DNA of 64,000 bases. Source: an uncultured Planctomycetaceae bacterium. Its GTDB lineage: Bacteria; Planctomycetota; Planctomycetia; Pirellulales; PALSA-1355. Shown here in pieces: positions 41,196-51,087 of the stretch (position 1 is the first letter of the stretch; each line of letters opens with the position of its first letter). The stretch is taken from contig CAWAUV010000009.1 in the NCBI GenBank assembly GCA_963785305.1, positions 121,425-185,424 on the forward strand, given 5' to 3'. Both the position numbers and the translations under genes were made by a program. Below the pieces are notes generated by a model. The model was not told the origin of the DNA, did not search any database, and saw only the letters and a program-made list of their open reading frames with translations.

Positions 41196-42428
41196 ATGAA
41201 CGGACAATCGCTATTTGCATTCTTGCTGCTGGCGGCAATTACCTTCGGACCAGCCACCGCGTCGGCGGCGCGAGCCCCGGCCAAGGAACCGCTCAAGGTC
41301 GTCATTCTCGCCGGGCAGTCGAACATGCAGGGGCACGCCAAAGTGTCGACTCTTGATTCCATGGCCGATGATCCGACGACGGCGGCGATCCTCAAGGAGA
41401 TGCGCGATGCCAATGGCGCGCCAAGGGTTTGCGAGAAAGTCTGGATTTCGTCCGTCGGCTGCGCCGGCGATGACTTCATCGAGCAAACAGGCAAACTGAC
41501 GGCGGGCTTCGGGGCCGCGACCGACACCATCGGACCGGAATTCACGTTCGGCATTTACTTGGAAAAGCTGCTGGGCGAGCCCGTCCTGATCATCAAAACC
41601 GCCTGGGGTGGCAAGAGCCTGCACACGGATTTCCGTCCGCCCAGTTCCGGGCCATACGTCTGGAGCGACTACGAGTTGACCCAGTGTAAGAATCGGGGTG
41701 ACGACCTGGAAAAAGACAAGGCCGACAAGCTCAAGGCCACCGGCGTGTACTACCGCCTGATGATCGAGCATGTGCGGCGCGTGCTGGCCGACATCAAGCG
41801 GGTGGCGCCGGAGTACGACGAAAAACAAGGTTACGAACTTGCCGGTTTCGTCTGGTTCCAAGGGTTCAACGATCTGGTCTCCGGCTGGACGTACGACAAA
41901 GGCAACCAGCCCGGGGGGTACGACATGTATGGGCAACTGCTGGCGGATTTCATTCGCGATGCGCGGAAAGATTTGTCGGCGCCGAAGATGCTCTTCTTGA
42001 TAGGTGTCATGGGGATTGGCGGCACGAAGGAAGATGACAGGGCTGGCGACCAGAAGTACTTCCGCCAAGCCCAGGCCGCGCCGGCGTCGCTTCCTGAATT
42101 CAAGGGCAACGTCGTGGCAGTGCCGACGGCGCCCTTCTGGGACGACGATCTGGCCTCGCTGCAATCGCGGATGGAGGCCTGCTGGCCGAAGGTGGACGCG
42201 AGGGTCGCCGAGGAGATGAAGCAGGATCGGCAGGCGGAACGATGGGAGAACAAGATGACGATCATGGCCGAGAACTTCACGCCAGCGGAATGGAAACGCC
42301 TGCGGGGCGGCGTCTCCAATGGAGGCTACCACTATCTCGGCGCCGCCAAGATCATGGCGCCGATCGGCAAGGCATTTGCCGAGGAGATGGCAAATCTCCA
42401 AAAGACCCAGCCACGAGAGAAACGATGA
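41196..42428 (+). CDS. Sialate O-acetylesterase (SASA/DUF303) family carbohydrate esterase, secreted
   Basis: Signal peptide, VVILAGQSNMQGHA signature, 410 aa, intact frame. Confidence 0.8.
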   Translation: MNGQSLFAFLLLAAITFGPATASAARAPAKEPLKVVILAGQSNMQGHAKVSTLDSMADDPTTAAILKEMRDANGAPRVCEKVWISSVGCAGDDFIEQTGKLTAGFGAATDTIGPEFTFGIYLEKLLGEPVLIIKTAWGGKSLHTDFRPPSSGPYVWSDYELTQCKNRGDDLEKDKADKLKATGVYYRLMIEHVRRVLADIKRVAPEYDEKQGYELAGFVWFQGFNDLVSGWTYDKGNQPGGYDMYGQLLADFIRDARKDLSAPKMLFLIGVMGIGGTKEDDRAGDQKYFRQAQAAPASLPEFKGNVVAVPTAPFWDDDLASLQSRMEACWPKVDARVAEEMKQDRQAERWENKMTIMAENFTPAEWKRLRGGVSNGGYHYLGAAKIMAPIGKAFAEEMANLQKTQPREKR

Positions 42429-42785
42429 AATGATTGCCAATTCCCGGGATCAATCGGTGACAACCCGTTCCCTTGCCTCTTGACTCGTTGGCCCTTCATT
42501 TCCTTGCCTTGCCTTGCATCGCCATCGCGGTCGCGGGCGTGGGTTCATTATCACGGCATCGACAGCCCGTGGACGCCGTGAGCGGTTTCGGGGCCGGACG
42601 CGGAAGCGCCGGGGTCGGTTCCACGATCCTGGTGTCACGGGTTTACGGGCGCCGAGGGGCGCCGACGCACCGCGCCCCGGCGACGTTCGACCGCAATCGA
42701 TATCAATGAGCCCGTCGCCGCGAGAGTGGCGTGGTTGAAAAATGCTCCGATGGCAATTTTCAACAGGCGGCCGGGGCAAGGTGGC

Positions 42786-42814
42786 TTGGCGTCCGCCTAA
42801 GCGAGCCTTATAAT
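42786..42814 (+). promoter_or_regulatory. Near-consensus sigma70-type promoter (-35 TTGGCG, 17-bp spacer, -10 TATAAT)
   Basis: Seen directly. The spacing is exact. A palindrome TTGAAAAAT-N11-ATTTTCAA lies ~40 bp upstream (42737..42765). Confidence 0.35.
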
Positions 42815-42820
42815 GCGGCT

Positions 42821-42933
42821 CAGTGATTCGGTAGATTAGTTGAATGGCGCCCCGGCCGTGTCGGGGGGCTGGTCAGTGCATAAGCCGACGTGCTCGAATA
42901 CCCGGGAGGGTATGCGGCCACGTCGGCTTTTTT
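42821..42933 (+). ncRNA. Candidate ~110-nt small RNA or terminated leader upstream of the PAS histidine kinase
   Basis: Bounded by the promoter above and an intrinsic terminator. Contains an internal GC hairpin GCCCCGGCCGTGTCGGGGGGC. No ORF. Confidence 0.3.
42884..42933 (+). terminator. Rho-independent terminator (GCCGACGTG...CACGTCGGC stem followed by TTTTTT)
   Basis: 9-bp perfect stem arms flanking an internal hairpin, followed by a T6 run. Sits ~75 bp upstream of the kinase start. Confidence 0.55.
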
Positions 42934-43008
42934 CGTGTTTTCGCTTTCGATGTAGGGGACCGAAAACGAGCGAGCCAAAGCGGCCGTGGAAACGACTCCG
43001 AGAATCGA

Positions 43009-45717
43009 ATGTCAGAACTGAAACCTGAAGATGCGTTCCCTTTGCAGCCAGCGTGGTGCCGGGTCGGCCTCGCCAGCATTGGCGAGGCCGTGATCGCCAC
43101 GGACGCCCAGGGGCGGGTCACGTTCCTGAACTCCGAGGCTCAATCCTTGACGGGCTGGTCGCAAGCCGAGGCAGTGGGCGTTTCACTGGAACACATTTTC
43201 CAAATCGTTCATCCCGAGACTCGGCAAGTGGTCGAGTGTCCCACGGTGCTGGCCTTGCGTGAAGGCGTGAATGTCGGACTAGCGAATCGTTCGCTGCTCA
43301 TCGCCAAGGATGGCACGGAACGGCCCATTGGCCCGATTGACAACGGCGCCGTCCCCATTCGGGATGAACAAGGCGAGCTCTCCGGGGCCGTGCTGGTGTT
43401 TCGCGACGTGACCGAGCTCTACCACCAAGAGCAGGCGGTCAAAGCCGCTCTCGCATACGCCGACGACATTATCGCGACCTTGCGAGAGCCGTTCGTCGTC
43501 CTCGACAAGAACCTGCGGGTCAAGACGGCGAACCATGCATTCTACAACACATTCCACGTCCAGAAGGAGGAAACGGAAGGCTGCTTCATCTTCGACCTGG
43601 GCAACAGGCAATGGAACATGCCTCGCCTGCGAACGCTGTTGGATGAAGTCTTGTCGAACCACCATCCCGTCCACGACTTCGAGATGGAACACGATTTTCC
43701 GGCGATCGGCAAGAAGAGCATGCTGCTCAATGCCCGCCGCTTCGAGTCGGTCGCCACCCAACCGGAACTGATCCTGCTAGCCATTCAAGACATCACGGAC
43801 CGCAAGCAGACCGAAACGGCATTGCGGCGGAGCGAGCAATGCCATCGGTTCATCCTGGACTCGATCCCGCAAAAGCTCGTCACCACCAAACCAGACGGTA
43901 GCGTTGACTACTTCAACCCTCAGTGGATGGAGTACACCGGCCTGACGTTCGAGCAAATCAAGGATTTCGGCTGGACGCAGTTCATCCACCCCGATGATGT
44001 GGACGAGCACGTTCGAGAATGGCTAAACGCCACCAAGACCGGCCAGGTATACGAACACGAGAGTCGCTTCCGACGCGCGGATGGCGAGTACCGTTGGCAT
44101 ATCAGCCGGGGCGTGCCGATGCGGAACGAGGCGGGCCAGATCGTGATGTGGGTTGGAGCAAACACCGACATTCATGACATCAAGCTGGTTGAAATGGCGT
44201 TGAAGGACTCGGAGATTCGTTATCGGCGGCTGTTCGAGACGGCCAAGGACGGCATCCTGATCCTCGACACGGAAAGTGGGCGAATCACCGATGCCAATCC
44301 GTTCATGAGCGAACTGCTGGGGTATGCCCACGAGCATTTCTTGGGCAAGGAACTTTGGGAAATCGGACTGTTCAGCGACAAGTCGGCCAACGAAGCCGCC
44401 GTGCGTACACTCCAAGAAAACGGCTACATTCGTTACGAACACTTGCCATTGGAAACGAGCCGTGGGCTGCGGGTCGAGGTCGAGGTTGTCGCCAACGCCT
44501 ACCGGGAGGACCACCACAAAGTCATTCAGTGCAACATTCGGGACATCACGGAACGCAGTCGCCTGGAGAAACACATGCAGGAGCAGACTTCGGCGCTGGC
44601 TGATCTGCACCGCCGCAAGGATGAGTTCTTGGCGATGCTCAGCCACGAGCTCCGCAGCCCGCTCGCTCCCATCTCCAACGCCGTGCATCTGCTCCGTCTA
44701 AGGAAAAACGAGGATCCGCTCCAGCAAAAAGCCCTGACCATCATCGAGCGTCAAGTGGCTCAACTGACTCGACTGGTCGACGACCTGATGGAAGTGTCCC
44801 GCATTACCACCGGCAGGGTTCAACTTCGCCTGGATCGAGTCGTGGTGAGCGGCATCGTGGAACGCGCGATCGAGTCGGCTCGCCCCTTGATCGACCGACA
44901 TCGACATGAGCTCACGGTGTCGTTGCCGCCGCAACCGATCTGGCTAAGCGCCGACGCTTCCCGGCTGGAGCAGGTCGTGGTGAATTTGCTGACCAATGCC
45001 GCCAAATACACCGAGGAAGGCGGTCGTATTTGGCTGACCGTGCGTGAAGATGGTCAGGAGTGCGTATTGAGCGTTCGTGATTCGGGCGTCGGCATCGCCC
45101 CCGAACTGCTGCCTTGCATTTTCGATCTTTTCACGCAGGCGGAACGATCATTGGCCCGCTCCCAAGGCGGATTGGGTATCGGGTTGGCGTTGGTCCATCG
45201 ACTGGTGGAGATGCACGGAGGAAAGGTCACGGTTCACAGCAGTTTGGGGCAAGGCAGCGAGTTTGTCGTGCGCTTGCCGCTGATGGCGAATCCCGCGCTA
45301 GAGCCGCCCTCGACGGACAAGGATACCGCCGAACCGACGGCGCCCTGCTTGCGGATACTGGTGGTGGACGACAGCCTGGACACGGCCGAGAGTTTGGCGT
45401 TGTTGTTGCAAGAGCGTGGACATGATGTTCGCGTCGCGCATGATGGCCCGACCGCGCTCGACGTGGCTCGCGATTACCGACCAGACGTGGTGCTGTTGGA
45501 CATCGGCTTGCCGAAACTCGACGGTTATGAGGTAGCGAAGCGGCTGCGGCGCCAACCGGCTTTCCAGGGCGTGGCGTTGGTCGCCATGACCGGCTACGGT
45601 CAGGAGTCGGACCGCCAGCGTTCGCGGGAAGCGGGGTTCGATCACCATTTGTCCAAGCCCGCCGACTTTGGAAAGCTGCAACAAATCTTGTCGACCGTCT
45701 CCGCGAAAGGAACGTGA
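43009..45717 (+). CDS. Hybrid sensor histidine kinase (multiple PAS/PAC domains, HisKA, HATPase_c, C-terminal receiver)
   Basis: HisKA H-box LAMLSHELRSPLAPI. HATPase N/G boxes (VVNLLTNAAKYT, DSGVGIAPE, GGLGIGLALV). Receiver ILVVDDSLDTAESL...DVVLLDIGLPKLDG. Intact 2.7-kb frame. Confidence 0.9.
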   Translation: MSELKPEDAFPLQPAWCRVGLASIGEAVIATDAQGRVTFLNSEAQSLTGWSQAEAVGVSLEHIFQIVHPETRQVVECPTVLALREGVNVGLANRSLLIAKDGTERPIGPIDNGAVPIRDEQGELSGAVLVFRDVTELYHQEQAVKAALAYADDIIATLREPFVVLDKNLRVKTANHAFYNTFHVQKEETEGCFIFDLGNRQWNMPRLRTLLDEVLSNHHPVHDFEMEHDFPAIGKKSMLLNARRFESVATQPELILLAIQDITDRKQTETALRRSEQCHRFILDSIPQKLVTTKPDGSVDYFNPQWMEYTGLTFEQIKDFGWTQFIHPDDVDEHVREWLNATKTGQVYEHESRFRRADGEYRWHISRGVPMRNEAGQIVMWVGANTDIHDIKLVEMALKDSEIRYRRLFETAKDGILILDTESGRITDANPFMSELLGYAHEHFLGKELWEIGLFSDKSANEAAVRTLQENGYIRYEHLPLETSRGLRVEVEVVANAYREDHHKVIQCNIRDITERSRLEKHMQEQTSALADLHRRKDEFLAMLSHELRSPLAPISNAVHLLRLRKNEDPLQQKALTIIERQVAQLTRLVDDLMEVSRITTGRVQLRLDRVVVSGIVERAIESARPLIDRHRHELTVSLPPQPIWLSADASRLEQVVVNLLTNAAKYTEEGGRIWLTVREDGQECVLSVRDSGVGIAPELLPCIFDLFTQAERSLARSQGGLGIGLALVHRLVEMHGGKVTVHSSLGQGSEFVVRLPLMANPALEPPSTDKDTAEPTAPCLRILVVDDSLDTAESLALLLQERGHDVRVAHDGPTALDVARDYRPDVVLLDIGLPKLDGYEVAKRLRRQPAFQGVALVAMTGYGQESDRQRSREAGFDHHLSKPADFGKLQQILSTVSAKGT

Positions 45718-46562
45718 TGGATTCTCTTCGAGTTCTCGTCGTGGATGACAATCGCGATGGCGCCGACACCATGAGCTTGGTCGTCGATGAACTCGGCCAC
45801 GAGGCGCATGTGACCTACGGCGGGAAGCAGGCGTTCGACGTCGCGACCGTATTTCGGCCCGATCTGATGCTCATTGATTTGGCGATGCCCGACTTGGATG
45901 GCTGCTCGCTCGTGACTAAATTTCGTCAAAACCCTACTTTCGCGCGAACAAGAATCGTGGCCATCACCGGCCATTCCGACGAGGGCCACAAAACCTTGGC
46001 GATGAAGGCTGGATTCGACGCGGTTCTCTTCAAGCCCGTTACATTGGCGGACATCGAGACGGCGCTGGCGAGTGTCGCTCCCCGGGTTGGACACACGGCC
46101 CACTCAAAACCACCTCCCGCTGGCGGTAGCCCTGGGTCCGAGCATCGCTTGACGATCGGCGAAGCGCGGCGAATCAGGAACCAACGCAAATCGAAAACGC
46201 TGACGGAATCCGAATGCGAAGCCGCCATCTGCGAGGGGATGATTCGCTTTCAAGAGGAATATCTGGGGTGGCGGTCGGAGCGGATTCAGGTCCACTTCAT
46301 CAAGGACCTGCTCGTGGTCCGCATTCACGGCGTTTTGACTCTTGCCGAGCGACAACTCGGCAAATCATCGTCGCCCGACCAGGGTCGTGATCTCATCAAG
46401 CAAGTGCGGAAGCAACTCCTGGAGTTGGCGCGCCCGATGGTGGAATCAATGATCCACGAGGTCGCGGGCGTGAAGGCGGTGAGCATGCACCATGACCTTA
46501 GCACCGTGACTGGCGAGGAAGTGGTCGTTTTTCCATTGGCCGAAGCCCCTCGCTTCCGATAA
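45717..46562 (+). CDS. Response regulator: receiver domain plus C-terminal uncharacterised domain (possibly DUF2294-like)
   Basis: Receiver VLVVDDNRDGADTM...DLMLIDLAMPDLDG...K. Start overlaps the kinase stop (TGATG). The C-terminal ~130 aa has no catalytic motif I can name. Confidence 0.7.
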   Translation: MDSLRVLVVDDNRDGADTMSLVVDELGHEAHVTYGGKQAFDVATVFRPDLMLIDLAMPDLDGCSLVTKFRQNPTFARTRIVAITGHSDEGHKTLAMKAGFDAVLFKPVTLADIETALASVAPRVGHTAHSKPPPAGGSPGSEHRLTIGEARRIRNQRKSKTLTESECEAAICEGMIRFQEEYLGWRSERIQVHFIKDLLVVRIHGVLTLAERQLGKSSSPDQGRDLIKQVRKQLLELARPMVESMIHEVAGVKAVSMHHDLSTVTGEEVVVFPLAEAPRFR

Positions 46563-46591
46563 CGGCGCAACAATCCTCGCCAGGGTGTTCA

Positions 46592-46975
46592 ATGACCACG
46601 CTTCAAACGAAATTACGCGTCTTGGTTGTCGATGACGACGCGGACCATGCTTCGAGTTTGGCGATGCTGCTGACGGAGCACGGTCACGACTCCCATGTAT
46701 GCCCGCACGCCAAGGATTGCATGGAAGCCGTGGAACGACTACGGCCTCAAGTAATCCTGCTTGACTTGGCGATGCCGGGCATGACCGGCTACGAAATCGC
46801 GCGGGAAATACAAGATAACCCCGACCTACGTCCGGCCTGTTTGGTCGCGGTGACCGGCTTCGGCCAAGAACTGGACCGAGTGCAAACGAAACTCCTTGGC
46901 TTCGACCATCACTTATTGAAGCCGGTGCATTTCCAGGAATTGGAAGCCCTCGTCCGATCAGTCCAGGTTGAATAG
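46592..46975 (+). CDS. Single-domain CheY-like response regulator
   Basis: VLVVDDDADHASSL...VILLDLAMPGMTGYE...LLKP, 127 aa. Confidence 0.85.
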   Translation: MTTLQTKLRVLVVDDDADHASSLAMLLTEHGHDSHVCPHAKDCMEAVERLRPQVILLDLAMPGMTGYEIAREIQDNPDLRPACLVAVTGFGQELDRVQTKLLGFDHHLLKPVHFQELEALVRSVQVE

Positions 46976-46989
46976 GCGCCGGAATCGAG

Positions 46990-47030
46990 GGCCGATCCGC
47001 GAACTTCGGTGAGCCCTCGCCCTACTCCCG
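46990..47030 (+). repeat. REP/MITE-like element, partial copy C (5' half only)
   Basis: GCCGATCCGCGAACTTCGGTGAGCCCTCGCCCTACTCCC matches the left half of copies A/B (AACTTCGGTGAGCCC is identical to B). Begins 15 nt after the response-regulator stop. Confidence 0.45.
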
Positions 47031-47148
47031 TTGCCCTGGAAGCGGCCAGCGGTGGCCCGTTTGCAAGCGCCCGATGACACCTGCCCTCACTTACGTTTCG
47101 GGTTGTGATGGGAAAGACCCGCGCCGCCGTTCTTTACCCGAAGCGTCG

Positions 47149-48000
47149 CTAGTTCGCGGCCAACAGCTTGGCTTTGAGGCGATCGAGCAGGGCGACCGCC
47201 CGGCCGATCTCGGCCTTTTGCCGCTCGGGCTCTTGCGGAATTTCGCGTTCGATCGTGAGCGGCCCGCGGTAGCCGATCGTTTGAAGCGTGGCGAGAAAGC
47301 GTTCGATGTCGACTTGGCCCTCGCCCAGCGGAGTCTCGGCGCCCCAAGTCTCGCCCGGCCGGTCCGACCAGCGCCCGTCCTTGCAATGCACGCTCGCCAC
47401 ATGGGCCCCCAATTGTTCGAGGGCGGGAATCGGCTCGCCGGCGCCATAGAGAATCATGTTCGCGGGATCGAAGTTGACCCGCAAGTTCGCGCGCTCCACA
47501 TCGCCGAGAAAGGCCAAGAGCGCGGCGGCTGATTCTTGGCCGGTTTCCAGATGCAGGCTCTGGCTCTGGGCTTGGCAATGATCGCACAATTTCCGGGTCA
47601 CGTCGAGAATCGCCCGATATTCATCGCCTTGGCGATCGTGTGGCACGAAGCCCAAGTGCAACGCCACGACCCCCACGCCAAGCCGCCGGGCATAGTCGGC
47701 GATTTCGCGCATTTCCTTGAGCCGGACCGCGCGGGTCGCGGGGGGCACGAGACCCACGGTTCGCGCCACGGTGGGAATATCGGCGTAGCTTTCGCCCTCG
47801 AAGCCGCCAAAGACCGCGGTCACGCGGAGATCGTATTCGGCGAGCCGATCGAGAAACGCGGCCGCCTCGCCCGCCGTGCGCCGAGCGGCGCTCGGCGCAT
47901 GCAAGTGGACCGTTGAAACCCCGAGTTCAGCGGCTACCGACAGCCGCGCTCCGAGCCCCGAATCGACACTGGCGAATACGCCCAGCGGCCAAATATCCAT
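47149..48000 (-). CDS. Sugar phosphate isomerase/epimerase (xylose-isomerase-like TIM barrel)
   Basis: Family-typical layout with conserved His/Glu/Asp metal ligands (HLETGQES, NFDPANM). Start set to in-frame ATG (MDIWPLGVFAS); the track ORF extends upstream with junk. Confidence 0.75.
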   Translation of the reverse strand: MDIWPLGVFASVDSGLGARLSVAAELGVSTVHLHAPSAARRTAGEAAAFLDRLAEYDLRVTAVFGGFEGESYADIPTVARTVGLVPPATRAVRLKEMREIADYARRLGVGVVALHLGFVPHDRQGDEYRAILDVTRKLCDHCQAQSQSLHLETGQESAAALLAFLGDVERANLRVNFDPANMILYGAGEPIPALEQLGAHVASVHCKDGRWSDRPGETWGAETPLGEGQVDIERFLATLQTIGYRGPLTIEREIPQEPERQKAEIGRAVALLDRLKAKLLAAN

Positions 48001-48113
48001 GCCACGAATATCCCCGGGGAATCGAAAAACGAGCGACGCGCAAATCCGCGGCCAACACCGCCGCGACGGATTGGAAGCACGGCTTGGCGGCCTGTTGCAC
48101 GGCTCAACAGGCT

Positions 48114-49799
48114 TTACATGTACTTCGAGATATCGGGCTTCACGCCCTCGGGAGTTTCGTCGGAGTCGATGTCGAACCATTTTTTGTCGAACTCGATCCG
48201 GCGATTCTCGCGCATCGCGATGTTCGTGGTGAGCGCGATCACCGCGTCGCCCAGCGCCACCTTGGGATTGCAGCGAGGCACATGCTTCGGGTCGGGATTG
48301 CGAATGCACCAGGCCCAGTGCTCGAGTTCCTCGGTGTAGCCGCGGCTGGGCGGGCCGCTTTCGAGCGCCTGCTTGCCCACGGCCGCCGCCTCGCCGCCGC
48401 CGCTTTGCGTGGTGTCGAGCGTGGGAACGCTCGAGGTCGACTTGCTCACGGCGATCTTCGTGTTGGTCGCCGCGTGCGATTCGTCGTCGGCGATCGGGAA
48501 AAGCAGCACTTCTTGTTCGCGCTCCAGCAGCAAAGTGCCCTTGGTGCCGAGCACCGTCTCGCCATAGCCGCCCCAGCCGTTGCCGTTGATCGAGCTATAG
48601 GTGACGCCGATCACCTTCGACGGGTCTTCGTCGTATTTCGGGCCCGGGAATTCGTAAATGCAATACACATGGTCCTCGCAGTCGCGATCGACCGGGAACA
48701 GATTGCGATTGCCCACGGCCGACACCGTGAGCGGCAGGGCCTTTTCGCCATCGGACCGCAGACCGGAGATGAAGATGCCCGAGGCATCGAGCTGATGGCT
48801 GCCGAGCTCGGCCATGAGGCCGCCGCCGGTGCGATTCCAAAGTCGCCAGCGAATGAGTTCTTCCATCGCCGGGCGATTGCGACCGCCGGGCAGGGTGATG
48901 TCTTCGTAGCCGTAGGCGCGGGGATCGAGCTGCGAGTCGGCGATTTGGGCCTCGGTCTGCGCGACCAGGGCTTGCAGCCGGTCGATGTTCGAGTCCCTGG
49001 CGCCGACCAGTTCGCTCTTGAGACGTTCGAGCGTCACTTGCAGTTTCTTATCGCCAGGCAAGGGCGGCTGCCAACTATCGTGGCCGGGCAGGTTGCCGCG
49101 ATTCCATTGGGCGCGAATATGGTGAATATCGCCGATCGTGCCGCGGCGAATCGTGTCGACCGCGTTGTCATATAAGATGCTGTAGTGCCGCTGATGGCCC
49201 ACGGCCAGGATCTTGTCGAGCTTTTTCGCCATGCGCGCCATTTCCTTGCACTCATGCACGCTATGGCCCATGAGCTTTTCGGTGATCACATGCTTGCCGG
49301 CCTTCATGGCTTCGATCACCACCGGGGCGTGCATATGCAAGGGCAGGGCGGTGATGATCGCTTCGACGTCGGGATCGGCCAAGAGGTCGTGATAGTCCTT
49401 GTCGTAGACCTTCACATTTCGCCGGGCCTCGTCTTCGCTCTTCCAGCCGTATTTGGTCATCAGGCCGCAGCGATTCTTGAGCGCGCTCTCGCTCGAATGG
49501 TCGCCGTGGAAGGCGCGGTGGATGTTGTAAGGGCGAATGTCGGCGATGGCCACCACCTGGATATAGCTCGGCGTGATTGCGTTGAGCAGCACATTGCCCT
49601 CGTCGCCCGTGCCGATGAAGCCGACGCGCAGCGGGCTGCTCAGCGCCTTTTCATAGCCGAAGTACATGGCGCCCAGGCCGGCGCCCGAGACCGCCCCGGC
49701 CAAGAGTCCGCCCTTGAGAAAGTCGCGGCGGTTCATGCCCACGGTTTCGTAGAACTTGGCCTTGCCGGCGTCTTTTTGTTCTTTCGAGAGATTTTTCAT
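48114..49799 (-). CDS. Gfo/Idh/MocA-family NAD(P)-dependent oxidoreductase with Tat signal peptide
   Basis: Twin-arginine motif NRRDFLKGGLLAGAV. Rossmann segment VGFIGTGDEG. 561 aa, intact. Confidence 0.8.
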   Translation of the reverse strand: MKNLSKEQKDAGKAKFYETVGMNRRDFLKGGLLAGAVSGAGLGAMYFGYEKALSSPLRVGFIGTGDEGNVLLNAITPSYIQVVAIADIRPYNIHRAFHGDHSSESALKNRCGLMTKYGWKSEDEARRNVKVYDKDYHDLLADPDVEAIITALPLHMHAPVVIEAMKAGKHVITEKLMGHSVHECKEMARMAKKLDKILAVGHQRHYSILYDNAVDTIRRGTIGDIHHIRAQWNRGNLPGHDSWQPPLPGDKKLQVTLERLKSELVGARDSNIDRLQALVAQTEAQIADSQLDPRAYGYEDITLPGGRNRPAMEELIRWRLWNRTGGGLMAELGSHQLDASGIFISGLRSDGEKALPLTVSAVGNRNLFPVDRDCEDHVYCIYEFPGPKYDEDPSKVIGVTYSSINGNGWGGYGETVLGTKGTLLLEREQEVLLFPIADDESHAATNTKIAVSKSTSSVPTLDTTQSGGGEAAAVGKQALESGPPSRGYTEELEHWAWCIRNPDPKHVPRCNPKVALGDAVIALTTNIAMRENRRIEFDKKWFDIDSDETPEGVKPDISKYM

Positions 49800-49911
49800 C
49801 GTAGCGCCTCTGAGCTAGGGGAGCCTTGATCCTCGGCGGGCGAGGATGCTGGGAATGTTGATCGGGTCGGTGGACGCGAGACTCGCGAAATACGCGCCGG
49901 GTTGTTTGGGT

Positions 49912-50919
49912 CTAAGGGCGCGAGCGTCGCCCGAAAAGATAGTGCGGGAAAAAGTCGAGCCCACCCCAGCGTCCCACCGGCACGGTGGCCAGCGCGGCGA
50001 GGGACAGCATTTCCACGATTTGATTAAATGTCGGTTGCGCGTCGGCCACCCAAAACGGCTGGCTCAGCGCGATCGAAAGCAAGAAGGCCACGCCCAACAC
50101 GCACGCCAACCGCGTGAACAACCCCAAGATCAAGCACGCGCCCACGACCGTGATGCCGTAGGACAAGCCCAGATCGATCTTGTCGAGCGTCGTGCGCGAG
50201 CCCGGCGCCGGGCCGCGGGCTTGCTGCTCGGGTTCGAGCAAAGCGTCGAGCTCCGAGTGGAATCCGCTTTCGATATTTTTCAGTTGCGCTGTCCAGCCGC
50301 CGGTCTCTTTCTTGAGCAGTGTCTGCTTCTCCGTGATCCGCTGCTTTTGATAGGGAATGTCGCCCGAAGCCGTTTCGCGCCGCGATTTTTCCCAGCGCGA
50401 CCATTCGTGCAGGTGATCTTCGAGCGTCTTGGCGTTGGTGGCCAGCCAGTCCATGACCTGGGCCTGGCGGCGCTGCAGAATCACTTCCGCTTCCGAACGC
50501 TGATCGTCGGTCAGTTGAAAGTGTTTGACAAACGCTTCCAGATCGCGGGCCATGTCCTCTTGAAACCGGGCGCCCCAGCGCATCAATGGCTCGATCGCCT
50601 CGGCCTCGGAGTCGCGAATCGGGTGCTCCTTGCGCATCTCGGCCGAGAACTTGTCGGCCGCCTGCTTGCTCGCGAGCATGTCGAGCGAAGCGTCATCGCG
50701 CGGGCCATGCAATGCCGCCTCCCAATGATGAAATTCGGGCAGCACCGCTTGATAGCGGTCGGCAAGGGGCCCCTTGGCGGCCTTGAGAAACGACTCGCTC
50801 GACCAATGCTTCTCCGTGAGGTGATGCACGCCTTCGCTATAAAAATGCCAGCCGATCGCCAGCCGCAACAGCACCAGCGTCAGCATTGTCAAGAAGCCGT
50901 AGCGCACACGGTCGGACAT
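49912..50919 (-). CDS. Membrane protein (DoxX-like TM helices at both ends)
   Basis: Hydrophobic N-terminal segment (LTMLTLVLLRLAIGWHFY) and C-terminal segments (LSYGITVVGACLILGLF, LGVAFLLSIAL). The family call is tentative. Confidence 0.45.
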   Translation of the reverse strand: MSDRVRYGFLTMLTLVLLRLAIGWHFYSEGVHHLTEKHWSSESFLKAAKGPLADRYQAVLPEFHHWEAALHGPRDDASLDMLASKQAADKFSAEMRKEHPIRDSEAEAIEPLMRWGARFQEDMARDLEAFVKHFQLTDDQRSEAEVILQRRQAQVMDWLATNAKTLEDHLHEWSRWEKSRRETASGDIPYQKQRITEKQTLLKKETGGWTAQLKNIESGFHSELDALLEPEQQARGPAPGSRTTLDKIDLGLSYGITVVGACLILGLFTRLACVLGVAFLLSIALSQPFWVADAQPTFNQIVEMLSLAALATVPVGRWGGLDFFPHYLFGRRSRP

Positions 50920-51087
50920 CGGTAGCGAACCTCCGCCTGGAGTCTATGGTCTGGAGCCTGAAAGCTTGGCCCCTGGGCGATGCGTCAAAAAAATTGGAAA
51001 ACGTCGCGCGCGAAAAGCAAACGCGGCGCGGCTAGCGCCCGCCAACTAGTGCTTTGTCACGGTTGAAATGACGGATTGGATTCGTTC

